The notes beneath the pieces were generated by a model. That model had not been told where the DNA came from and did no database searches. It saw only the letters and a program-made list of their open reading frames with translations. From assembly GCA_964057225.1 (NCBI GenBank), contig CAXKVF010000073.1, forward strand, positions 434,001 through 498,000: a stretch of DNA of 64,000 bases. The letters are read 5' to 3'. The position numbers were made by a program, and so were the translations under genes. Source of the stretch: Auanema rhodensis (Eukaryota > Animalia > Nematoda). Positions 43,648-57,500 of this stretch are shown one piece after another; position 1 is the stretch's first letter, and every line of letters begins with the position of its first letter.

Positions 43648-45231
43648 TCTAATTTTGAAAACCGCATCTCTTTATCTTTGACGTGAAGCGAGTTACATAC
43701 CAAGTGCACATCACGTGTACATTTAATTAGCATGAATTAAAGTTCACGTAAATTTCAAAGTCATGGTTACCATGAACCAATATCAATAAAAATTTGTTTT
43801 TAGACTAATATGGACATGGGGAATCTAATTTTGACAACCGCATCTCTTTATCTTTCACGTGAAGCGAATTACATACCAAGTGCACATCACGTGTAAATTT
43901 AATTAGCATAAATTAAAGTTCACGTAAATTTCAAAGTCATGGTTATCATGAAGCAATATCAATAAAAATTTGTTTTTAGACTAATATGGACATGGGGAAT
44001 CTAATTTTGAAAACCGCATCTCTTTATCTTTCACGTGAAGCGAGTTACATACCAAGTGCACATCACGTGTACATTTAATTAGCATAAATTAAAGTTCACG
44101 TAAATTTCAAAGTCATGGTTACCATGCACCAATATCAATAAAAATTTGTTTTTAGACTAATATGGACATGGGGAATCTAATTTTGAAAACCGCATCTCTT
44201 TATCTTTCACGTGAAGCGAGTTACATACCAAGTGCACATCACGTGTAAATTTAATTAGCATAAATTAAAGTTCACGTAAATTTCAAAGTCATGGTTACCA
44301 TGAACCAATATCAATAAAAATTTGTTTTTAGACTAATATGGACATGTGGAATCTAATTTTGAAAACCGCATCTCTTTATCTTTCACGTGAAGCGAGTTAC
44401 ATACCAAGTGCACATCACGTGTACATTTAATTAGCATAAATTAAAGTTCACGTAAATTTCAAAGTCATGGTTACCATGCACCAATATCAATAAAAATTTG
44501 TTTTTAGACTAATATGGACATGGGGAATCTAATTTTGAAAACCGCATCTCTTTATCTTTGACGTGAAGCGAGTTACATACCAAGTGCACATCACGTGTAC
44601 ATTTAATTAGCATGAATTAAAGTTCACGTAAATTTCAAAGTCATGGTTACCATGAACCAATATCAATAAAAATTTGTTTTTAGACTAATATGGACATGGG
44701 GAATCTAATTTTGACAACCGCATCTCTTTATCTTTCACGTGAAGCGAATTACATACCAAGTGCACATCACGTGTAAATTTAATTAGCATAAATTAAAGTT
44801 CACGTAAATTTCAAAGTCATGGTTATCATGAAGCAATATCAATAAAAATTTGTTTTTAGACTAATATGGACATGGGGAATCTAATTTTGAAAACCGCATC
44901 TCTTTATCTTTCACGTGAAGCGAGTTACATACCAAGTGCACATCACGTGTACATTTAATTAGCATAAATTAAAGTTCACGTAAATTTCAAAGTCATGGTT
45001 ACCATGCACCAATATCAATAAAAATTTGTTTTTAGACTAATATGGACATGGGGAATCTAATTTTGAAAACCGCATCTCTTTATCTTTCACGTGAAGCGAG
45101 TTACATACCAAGTGCACATCACGTGTAAATTTAATTAGCATAAATTAAAGTTCACGTAAATTTCAAAGTCATGGTTATCATGAACCAATATCAATAAAAG
45201 TTTGTTTTTAGACTAATATGGACATGGGGAA
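43648..45231. repeat. Tandem duplication with 5-monomer (880-bp) offset: M249-M252 repeated as M254-M257
   Basis: TTTGACGTG (G33) at 43680 and 44560; C12+A45+A73+T123+G130 monomer at 43824 and 44704. Confidence 0.87.
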
Positions 45232-48200
45232 TCTAATTTTGAAAACCGCATCTCTTTATCTTTCACGTGAAGCGAGTTACATACCAAGTGCACATCACGT
45301 GTAAATTTAATTAGCATAAATTAAAGTTCACGTAAATTTCAAAGTCATGGTTATCATGAACCAATATCAATAAAAATTTGTTTTTAGACTAATATGGACA
45401 TGGGGAATCTAATTTTGAAAACCGCATCTCTTTATCTTTCACGTGAAGCGAGTTACATACCAAGTGCACATCACGTGTACATTTAATTAGCATAAATTAA
45501 AGTTCACGTAAATTTCAAAGTCATGGTTACCATGCACCAATATCAATAAAAATTTGTTTTTAGACTAATATGGACATGGGGAATCTAATTTTGAAAACCG
45601 CATCTCTTTATCCTTCACGTGAAGCGAGTTACATACCAAGTGCACATCACGTGTACATTTAATTAGCATAAATTAAAGTTCACGTAAATTTCAAAGTCAT
45701 GGTTACCATGCACCAATCTCAATAAAAATTTGTTTTTAGACTAATATGGACATGGGGAATCTAATTTTGAAAACCGCATCTCTTTATCTTTCACGTGAAG
45801 CGAGTTACATACCAAGTGCACATCACGTGTACATTTAATTAGCATAAATTAAAGTTCACGTAAATTTCAAAGTCATGGTTACCATGCACCAATATCAATA
45901 AAAATTTGTTTTTAGACTAATATGGACATGGGGAATCTAATTTTGAAAACCGCATCTCTTTATCTTTCACGTGAAGCGAGTTACATACCAAGTGCACATC
46001 ACGTGTACATTTAATTAGCATAAATTAAAGTTCACGTAAATTTCAAAGTCATGGTTACCATGCACCAATATCAATCAAAATTTGTTTTTAGACTAATATG
46101 GACATGGGGAATCTAATTTTGAAAACCGCATCTCTTTATCTTTCACGTGAAGCGAGTTACATACCAAGTGCACATCACGTGTACATTTAATTAGCATAAA
46201 TTAAAGTTCACGTAAATTTCAAAGTCATGGTTACCATGAACCAATATCAATAAAAATTTGTTTTTAGACTAATATGGACATGGGGAATCAAATTTTGAAA
46301 ACCGCATCTCTTTATCTTTCACGTGAAGCGAGTTACATACCAAGTGCACATCACGTGTACATTTAATTAGCATAAATTAAAGTTCACGTAAATTTCAAAG
46401 TCATGGTTACCATGCACCAATATCAATAAAAATTTGTTTTTAGACTAATATGGACATGGGGAATCTAATTTTGAAAACCGCATCTCTTTATCTTTCACGT
46501 GAAGCGAGTTACATACCAAGTGCACATCACGTGTAAATTTAATTAGCATAAATTAAAGTTCACGTAAATTTCAAAGTCATGGTTATCATGAACCAATATC
46601 AATAAAAATTTGTTTTTAGACTAATATGGACATGGGGAATCAAATTTTGAAAACCGCATCTCTTTATCTTTCACGTGAAGCGAGTTACATACCAAGTGCA
46701 CATCACGTGTACATTTAATTAGCATAAATTAAAGTTCACGTAAATTTCAAAGTCATGGTTACCATGCACCAATATCAATAAAAATTTGTTTTTAGACTAA
46801 TATGGTCATGGGGAATCTAATTTTGAAAACCGCATCTTTTTATCTTTCACGTGAAGCGAGTTACATACCAAGTGCACATCACGTGTACATTTAATTAGCA
46901 TAAATTAAAGTTCACGTAAATTTCAAAGTCATGGTTACCATGAACCAATATCAATAAAAATTTGTTTTTAGACTAATATGGACATGGGGAATCTAATTTT
47001 GAAAACCGCATCTCTTTATCTTTCACGTGAAGCGAGTTACATACCAAGTGCACATCACGTGTACATTTAATTAGCATAAATTAAAGTTCACGTAAATTTC
47101 AAAGTCATGGTTACCATGCACCAATATCAATAAAAATTTGTTTTTAGACTAATATGGACATGGGGAATCTAATTTTGAAAACCGCATCTCTTTATCTTTC
47201 ACGTGAAGCGAGTTACATACCAAGTGCACATCACGTGTAAATTTAATTAGCATAAATTAAAATTCACGTAAATTTCAAAGTCATGGTTACCATGAACCAA
47301 TATCAATAAAAGTTTGTTTTTAGACTAATATGGACATGGGGAATCAAATTTTGAAAACCGCATCTCTTTATCTTTCACGTGAAGCGAGTTACATACCAAG
47401 TGCACATCACGTGTACATTTAATTAGCATAAATTAAAGTTCACGTAAATTTCAAAGTCATGGTTATCATGAAACAATATCAATAAAAATTTGTTTTTAGA
47501 CTAATATGGACATGGGGAATCTAATTTTGAAAACCGCATCTCTTTATCTTTCACGTGAAGCGAGTTACATACCAAGTGCACATCACGTGTACATTTAATT
47601 AGCATAAATTAAAGTTCACGTAAATTTCAAAGTCATGGTTACCATGCACCAATATCAATAAAAATTTGTTTTTAGACTAATATGGACATGGGGAATCTAA
47701 TTTTGAAAACCGCATCTCTTTATCTTTCACGTGAAGCGAGTTACATACCAAGTGCACATCACGTGTACATTTAATTAGCATGAATTAAAGTTCACGTAAA
47801 TTTCAAAGTCATGGTTACCATGAACCAATATCAATAAAAATTTGTTTTTAGACTAATATGGACATGGGGAATCTAATTTTGAAAACCGCATCTCTTTATC
47901 TTTCACGTGAAGCGAATTACATACCAAGTGCACATCACGTGTACATTTAATTAGCATAAATTAAAGATCACGTAAATTTCAAAGTCATGGTTACCATGAA
48001 CCAATATCAATAAAAATTTGTTTTTAGACTAATATGGACATGGGGAATCAAATTTTGAAAACCGCATCTCTTTATCTTTCACGTGAAGCGAGTTACATAC
48101 CAAGTGCACATCACGTGTACATTTAATTAGCATAAATTAAAGTTCACGTATATTTCAAAGTCATGGTTATCATGAAACAATACCAATAAAAATTTGTTTT

Positions 48201-51200
48201 TAGACTAATATGGACATGGGGAATCTAATTTTGAAAACCGCATCTCTTTATCTTTCACGTGAAGCGAGTTACATACCAAGTGCACATCACGTGTACATTT
48301 AATTAGCATAAATTAAAGTTCACGTAAATTTCAAAGTCATGGTTACCATGCACCAATATCAATAAAAATTTGTTTTTAGACTAATATGGACATGGGGAAT
48401 CTAATTTTGAAAACCGCATCTCTTTATCTTTCACGTGAAGCGAGTTACATACCAAGTGCACATCACGTGTACATTTAATTAGCATGAATTAAAGTTCACG
48501 TAAATTTCAAAGTCATGGTTACCATGAACCAATATCAATAAAAATTTGTTTTTAGACTAATATGGACATGGGGAATCTAATTTTGAAAACCGCATCTCTT
48601 TATCTTTCACGTGAAGCGAGTTACATACCAAGTGCACATCACGTGTACATTTAATTAGCATAAATTAAAGTTCACGTAAATTTCAAAGTCATGGTTACCA
48701 TGAACCAATATCAATAAAAATTTGTTTTTAGACTAATATGCACATGGGGAATCTAATTTTGAAAACCGCATCTCTTTATCTTTCACGTGAAGCGAGTTAC
48801 ATACCAAGTGCACATCACGTGTACATTTAATTAGCATAAATTAAAGTTCACGTAAATTTCAAAGTCATGGTTACCATGCACCAATATCAATAAAAATTTG
48901 TTTTGAGACTAATATGGACATGGGGAATCTAATTTTGAAAACCGCATCTCTTTATCTTTCACGTGAAGCGAGTTACATACCAAGTGCACATCACGTGTAC
49001 ATTTAATTAGCATAAATTAAAGTTCACGTATATTTCAAAGTCATGGTTACCATGCACCAATATCAATAAAAATTTGTTTTTAGACTAATATGGACATGGG
49101 GAATCTAATTTTGAAAACCGCATCTCTTTATCTTTCACGTGAAGCGAGTTACATACCAAGTGCACATCACGTGTACATTTAATTAGCATGAATTAAAGTT
49201 CACGTAAATTTCAAAGTCATGGTTACCATGAACCAATATCAATAAAAATTTGTTTTTAGACTAATATGGACATGGGGAATCTAATTTTGAAAACCGCATC
49301 TCTTTATCTTTCACGTGAAGCGAGTTACATACCAAGTGCACATCACGTGTACATTTAATTAGCATAAATTAAAGTTCACGTAAATTTCAAAGTCATGGTT
49401 ACCATGAACCAATATCAATAAAAATTTGTTTTTAGACTAATATGGACATGGGGAATCTAATTTTGAAAACCGCATCTCTTTATCTTTCACGTGAAGCGAG
49501 TTACATACCAAGTGCACATCACGTGTACATTTAATTAGCATAAATTAAAGTTCACGTAAATTTCAAAGTCATGGTTACCATGAACCAATATCAATAAAAA
49601 TTTGTTTTTAGACTAATATGGACATGGGGAATCAAATTTTGAAAACCGCATCTCTTTATCTTTCACGTGAAGCGAGTTACATACCAAGTGCACATCACGT
49701 GTACATTTAATTAGCATAAATTAAAGTTCACGTAAATTTCAAAGTCATGGTTATCATGAAACAATATCAATAAAAATTTGTTTTTAGACTAATATGGACA
49801 TGGGGAATCTAATTTTGAAAACCGCATCTCTTTATCTTTCACGTGAAGCGAGTTACATACCAAGTGCACATCACGTGTACATTTAATTAGCATAAATTAA
49901 AGTTCACGTAAATTTCAAAGTCATGGTTACCATGCACCAATATCAATAAAAATTTGTTTTGAGACTAATATGGACATGGGGAATCTAATTTTGAAAACCG
50001 CATCTCTTTATCTTTCACGTGAAGCGAGTTACATACCAAGTGCACATCACGTGTAAATTTAATTAGCATAAATTAAAGTTCACGTAAATTTCAAAGTCAT
50101 GGTTACCATGAACCAATATCAATAAAAGTTTGTTTTTAGACTAATATGGACATGGGGAATCAAATTTTGAAAACCGCATCTCTTTATCTTTCACGTGAAG
50201 CGAGTTACATACCAAGTGCACATCACGTGTACATTTAATTAGCATAAATTAAAGTTCACGTAAATTTCAAAGTCATGGTTACCATGAACCAATATCAATA
50301 AAAATTTGTTTTTAGACTAATATGGACATGGGGAATCTAATTTTGAAAACCGCATCTCTTTATCTTTCACGTGAAGCGAGTTACATACCAAGTGCACATC
50401 ACGTGTACATTTAATTAGCATAAATTAAAGTTCACGTAAATTTCAAAGTCATGGTTACCATGCACCAATATCAATAAAAATTTGTTTTTAGACTAATATG
50501 GACATGGGGAATCTAATTTTGAAAACCGCATCTCTTTATCTTTCACGTGAAGCGAGTTACATACCAAGTGCACATCACGTGTAAATTTAATTAGCATAAA
50601 TTAAAGTTCACGTAAATTTCAAAGTCATGGTTACCATGAACCAATATCAATAAAAGTTTGTTTTTAGACTAATATGGACATGGGGAATCAAATTTTGAAA
50701 ACCGCATCTCTTTATCTTTCACGTGAAGCGAGTTACATACCAAGTGCACATCACGTGTACATTTAATTAGCATAAATTAAAGTTCACGTAAATTTCAAAG
50801 TCATGGTTATCATGAAACAATATCAATAAAAATTTGTTTTTAGACTAATATGGACATGGGGAATCTAATTTTGAAAACCGCATCTCTTTATCTTTCACGT
50901 GAAGCGAGTTACATACCAAGTGCACATCACGTGTACATTTAATTAGCATGAATTAAAGTTCACGTAAATTTCAAAGTCATGGTTACCATGCACCAATATC
51001 AATAAAAATTTGTTTTTAGACTAATATGGACATGGGGAATCTAATTTAGAATACCGCATCTCTTTATCTTTCACGTGAAGCGAGTTACATACCAAGTGCA
51101 CATCACGTGTACATTTAATTAGCATAAATTAAAGTTCACGTAAATTTCAAAGTCATGGTTACCATGCACCAATATCAATAAAAATTTGTTTTTAGACTAA

Positions 51201-52095
51201 TATGGACATGGGGAATCTAATTTTGAAAACCGCATCTCTTTATCTTTCACGTGAAGCGAGTTACATACCAAGTGCACATCACGTGTACATTTAATTAGCA
51301 TGAATTAAAGTTCACGTAAATTTCAAAGTCATGGTTACCATGAACCAATATCAATAAAAATTTGTTTTTAGACTAATATGGACATGGGGAATCTAATTTT
51401 GAAAACCGCATCTCTTTATCTTTCACGTGAAGCGAGTTACATACCAAGTGCACATCACGTGTACATTTAATTAGCATAAATTAAAGTTCACGTAAATTTC
51501 AAAGTCATGGTTACCATGAACCAATATCAATAAAAATTTGTTTTTAGACTAATATGGGCATGGGGAATCTAATTTTGAAAACCGCATCTCTTTATCTTTC
51601 ACGTGAAGCGAGTTACATACCAAGTGCACATCACGTGTACATTTAATTAGCATAAATTAAAGTTCACGTAAATTTCAAAGTCATGGTTACCATGCACCAA
51701 TATCAATAAAAATTTGTTTTTAGACTAATATGGACATGGGGAATCTAATTTTGAAAACCGCATCTCTTTATCTTTCACGTGAAGCGAGTTACATACCAAG
51801 TGCACATCACGTGTAAATTTAATTAGCATAAATTAAAGTTCACGTAAATTTCAAAGTCATGGTTACCATGCACCAATATCAATAAAAATTTGTTTTTAGA
51901 CTAATATGGACATGGGGAATCAAATTGTGAAAACCGCATCTCTTTATCTTTCACGTGAAGCGAGTTACATACCAAGTGCACATCACGTGTACATTTAATT
52001 AGCATAAATTAAAGTTCACGTAAATTTCAAAGTCATGGTTACCATGAACCAATATCAATAAAAATTTGTTTTTAGACTAATATGAACATGGGGAA

Positions 52096-52447
52096 TCTAA
52101 TTTTGAAAACCGCATCTCTTTATCTTTCACGTGAAGCGAGTTACATACCAAGAGCACATCACGTGTACATTTAATAAGCATAAATTAAAGTTCACGTAAA
52201 TTTCAAAGTCATGGTTACCATGCACCAATTTCAATAAAAATTTGTTTTTAGACTAATATGGACATGGGGAATCTAATTTTGAAAACCGCATCTCTTTATC
52301 TTTCACGTGAAGCGAGTTACATACCAAGAGCACATCACGTGTACATTTAATAAGCATAAATTAAAGTTCACGTAAATTTCAAAGTCATGGTTACCATGCA
52401 CCAATATCAATAAAAATTTGTTTTTAGACTAATATGGACATGGGGAA
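52096..52447. repeat. Single-monomer tandem duplication (M297, M298)
   Basis: Both carry A58 (CAAGAGCAC) and A81 (TTAATAAGC), which I saw nowhere else. Confidence 0.85.
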
Positions 52448-54559
52448 TCTAATTTTGAAAACCGCATCTCTTTATCTTTCACGTGAAGCGAGTTACATAC
52501 CAAGTGCACATCACGTGTACATTTAATTAGCATAAATTAAAGTTCACGTAAATTTCAAAGTCATGGTTACCATGAACCAATATCAATAAAAATTTGTTTT
52601 TAGACTAATATGGACATGGGGAATCAAATTTTGAAAACCGCATCTCTTTATCTTTCACGTGAAGCGAGTTACATACCAAGTGCACATCACGTGTACATTT
52701 AATTAGCATAAATTAAAGTTCACGTAAATTTCAAAGTCATGGTTACCATGCACCAATATCAATAAAAATTTGTTTTCAGACTAATATGGACATGGGGAAT
52801 CTAATTTTGAAAACCGCATCTCTTTATCTTTCACGTGAAGCGAGTTACATACCAAGTGCACATCACGTGTACATTTAATTAGCATAAATTAAAGTTCACG
52901 TAAATTTCAAAGTCATGGTTACCATGAACCAATATCAATAAAAATTTGTTTTTAGACTAATATGGACATGGGGAATCTAATTTTGGAAACCGCATCTCTT
53001 TATCTTTCACGTGAAGCGAGTTACATACCAAGTGCACATCACGTGTACATTTAATTAGCATAAATTAAAGTTCACGTAAATTTCAAAGTCATGGTTACCA
53101 TGCACCAATATCAATAAAAATTTGTTTTTAGACTAATATGGACATGGGGAATCTAATTTTGAAAACCGCATCTCTTTATCTTTCACGTGAAGCGAGTTAC
53201 ATACCAAGTGCACATCACGTGTACATTTAATTAGCATAAATTAAAGTTCACGTAAATTTCAAAGTCATGGTTACCATGAACCAATATCAATGAAAATTTG
53301 TTTTTAGACTAATATGGACATGGGGAATCTAATTTTGAAAACCGCATCTCTTTATCCTTCACGTGAAGCGAGTTACATACCAAGTGCACATCACGTGTAC
53401 ATTTAATTAGCATAAATTAAAGTTCACGTAAATTTCAAAGTCATGGTTACCATGCACCAATCTCAATAAAAATTTGTTTTTAGACTAATATGGACATGGG
53501 GAATCTAATTTTGAAAACCGCATCTCTTTATCTTTCACGTGAAGCGAGTTACATACCAAGTGCACATCACGTGTACATTTAATTAGCATAAATTAAAGTT
53601 CACGTAAATTTCAAAGTCATGGTTACCATGCACCAATATCAATAAAAATTTGTTTTTAGACTAATATGGACATGGGGAATCTAATTTTGAAAACCGCATC
53701 TCTTTATCATTCACGTGAAGCGAGTTACATACCAAGTGCACATCACGTGTACATTTAATTAGCATAAATTAAAGTTCACGTAAATTTCAAAGTCATGGTT
53801 ACCATGCACCAATATCAATCAAAATTTGTTTTTAGACTAATATGGACATGGGGAATCTAATTTTGAAAACCGCATCTCTTTATCTTTCACGTGAAGCGAG
53901 TTACATACCAAGTGCACATCACGTGTACATTTAATTAGCATAAATTAAAGTTCACGTAAATTTCAAAGTCATGGTTACCATGAACCAATATCAATAAAAA
54001 TTTGTTTTTAGACTAATATGGACATGGGGAATCAAATTTTGAAAACCGCATCTCTTTATCTTTCACGTGAAGCGAGTTACATACCAAGTGCACATCACGT
54101 GTACATTTAATTAGCATAAATTAAAGTTCACGTAAATTTCAAAGTCATGGTTACCATGCACCAATATCAATAAAAATTTGTTTTTAGACTAATATGGACA
54201 TGGGGAATCTAATTTTGAAAACCGCATCTCTTTATCTTTCACGTGAAGCGAGTTACATACCAAGTGCACATCACGTGTACATTTAATTAGCATGAATTAA
54301 AGTTCACGTAAATTTCAAAGTCATGGTTACCATGAACCAATATCAATAAAAATTTGTTTTTAGACTAATATGGACATGGGGAATCTAATTTTGAAAACCG
54401 CATCTCTTTATCTTTCACGTGAAGCGAGTTACATACCAAGTGCACATCACGTGTACATTTAATTAGCATAAATTAAAGTTCACGTAAATTTCAAAGTCAT
54501 GGTTACCATGAACCAATATCAATAAAAATTTGTTTTTAGACTAATATGGACATGGGGAA

Positions 54560-57500
54560 TCTAATTTTGAAAACCGCATCTCTTTATCTTTCACGTGAAG
54601 CGAGTTACATACCAAGTGCACATCACGTGTACATTTAATTAGCATAAATTAAAGTTCACGTAAATTTCAAAGTCATGGTTACCATGAACCAATATCAATG
54701 AAAATTTGTTTTTAGACTAATATGGACATGGGGAATCTGATTTTGAAAACCGCATCTCTTTATCTTTCACGTGAAGCGAGTTACATACCAAGTGCACATC
54801 ACGTGTACATTTAATTAGCATAAATTAAAGTTCACGTAAATTTCAAAGTCATGGTTACCATGAACCAATATCAATGAAAATTTGTTTTTAGACTAATATG
54901 GACATGGGGAATCTGATTTTGAAAACCGCATCTCTTTATCTTTCACGTGAAGCGAGTTACATACCAAGTGCACATCACGTGTACATTTAATTAGCATAAA
55001 TTAAAGTTCACGTAAATTTCAAAGTCATGGTTACCATGCACCAATATCAATAAAAATTTGTTTTTAGACTAATATGGACATGGGGAATCTAATTTTGAAA
55101 ACCGCATCTCTTTATCTTTCACGTGAAGCGAGTTACATACCAAGTGCACATCACGTGTACATTTAATTAGCATGAATTAAAGTTCACGTAAATTTCAAAG
55201 TCATGGTTACCATGAACCAATATCAATAAAAATTTGTTTTTAGACTAATATGGACATGGGGAATCTAATTTTGACAACCGCATCTCTTTATCTTTCACGT
55301 GAAGCGAGTTACATACCAAGTGCACATCACGTGTACATTTAATTAGCATAAATTAAAGTTCACGTAAATTTCAAAGTCATGGTTACCATGAACCAATATC
55401 AATGAAAATTTGTTTTTAGACTAATATGGACATGGGGAATCTGATTTTGAAAACCGCATCTCTTTGTCTTTCACGTGAAGCGAGTTACATACCAAGTGCA
55501 CATCACGTGTACATTTAATTAGCATAAATTAAAGTTCACGTAAATTTCAAAGTCATGGTTACCATGAACCAATATCAATGAAAATTTGTTTTTAGACTAA
55601 TATGGACATGGGGAATCTGATTTTGAAAACCGCATCTCTTTATCTTTCACGTGAAGCGAGTTACATACCAAGTGCACATCACGTGTACATTTAATTAGCA
55701 TAAATTAAAGTTCACGTAAATTTCAAAGTCATGGTTACCATGCACCAATATCAATAAAAATTTGTTTTTAGACTAATATGGACATGGGGAATCTAATTTT
55801 GAAAACCGCATCTTTTTATCTTTCACGTGAAGCGAGTTACATACCAAGTGCACATCACGTGTACAATTAATTAGCATAAATTAAAGTTCACGTAAATTTC
55901 AAAGTCATGGTTACCATGCACCAATATCAATAAAAATTTGTTTTTAGACTAATATGGACATGGGGAATCTAATTTTGAAAACCGCATCTTTTTATCTTTC
56001 ACGTGAAGCGAGTTACATACCAAGTGCACATCACGTGTACAATTAATTAGCATAAATTAAAGTTTACGTAAATTTCAAAGTCATGGTTACCATGAACCAA
56101 TATCAATAAAAATTTGTTTCTAGACTAATATGGACATGTGGAATCTAATTTTGAAAACCGCATCTCTTTATCTTTCACGTGAAGCGAGTTACATACCAAG
56201 TGCACATCACGTGTACATTTAATTAGCATAAATTAAAGTTCACGTAAATTTCAAAGTCATGGTTACCATGCACCAATATCAATAAAAATTTGTTTTTAGA
56301 CTAATATGGACATGGGGAATCTAATTTTGACAACCGCAACTCTTTATCTTTCACGTGAAGCGAGTTACATACCAAGTGCACATCACGTGTACATTTAATT
56401 AGCATAAATTAAAGTTCACGTAAATTTCAAAGTCATGGTTACCATGCACCAATATCAATAAAAATTTGTTTTTAGACTAATATGGACATGGGGAATCTAA
56501 TTTTGAAAACCGCATCTTTTTATCTTTCACGTGAAGCGAGTTACATACCAAGTGCACATCACGTGTACAATTAATTAGCATAAATTAAAGTTCACGTAAA
56601 TTTCAAAGTCATGGTTACCATGCACCAATATCAATAAAAATTTGTTTTTAGACTAATATGGACATGGGGAATCTAATTTTGAAAACCGCATCTTTTTATC
56701 TTTCACGTGAAGCGAGTTACATACCAAGTGCACATCACGTGTACAATTAATTAGCATAAATTAAAGTTTACGTAAATTTCAAAGTCATGGTTACCATGAA
56801 CCAATATCAATAAAAATTTGTTTCTAGACTAATATGGACATGTGGAATCTAATTTTGAAAACCGCATCTCTTTATCTTTCACGTGAAGCGAGTTACATAC
56901 CAAGTGCACATCACGTGTACATTTAATTAGCATAAATTAAAGTTCACGTAAATTTCAAAGTCATGGTTACCATGCACCAATATCAATAAAAATTTGTTTT
57001 TAGACTAATATGGACATGGGGAATCTAATTTTGACAACCGCAACTCTTTATCTTTCACGTGAAGCGAGTTACATACCAAGTGCACATCACGTGTACATTT
57101 AATTAGCATAAATTAAAGTTCACGTAAATTTCAAAGTCATGGTTACCATGAACCAATATCAATGAAAATTTGTTTTTAGACTAATATGGACATGGGGAAT
57201 CTGATTTTGAAAACCGCATCTCTTTATCTTTCACGTGAAGCGAGTTACATACCAAGTGCACATCACGTGTACATTTAATTAGCATAAATTAAAGTTCACG
57301 TAAATTTCAAAGTCATGGTTACCATGAACCAATATCAATGAAAATTTGTTTTTAGACTAATATGGACATGGGGAATCTGATTTTGAAAACCGCATCTCTT
57401 TATCTTTCACGTGAAGCGAGTTACATACCAAGTGCACATCACGTGTACATTTAATTAGCATAAATTAAAGTTCACGTAAATTTCAAAGTCATGGTTACCA

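Larger units (their letters stand above)
37312..54559. repeat. Array domain D (M213-M310): least ordered zone marked by A73, T123, G145, A3, A130 and many private substitutions
   Basis: GTGTAAATTT (A73), GGTTATCATG (T123) and AAAAGTTTG (G145) are concentrated here; T98, C153 and G54 are absent. Confidence 0.85.
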
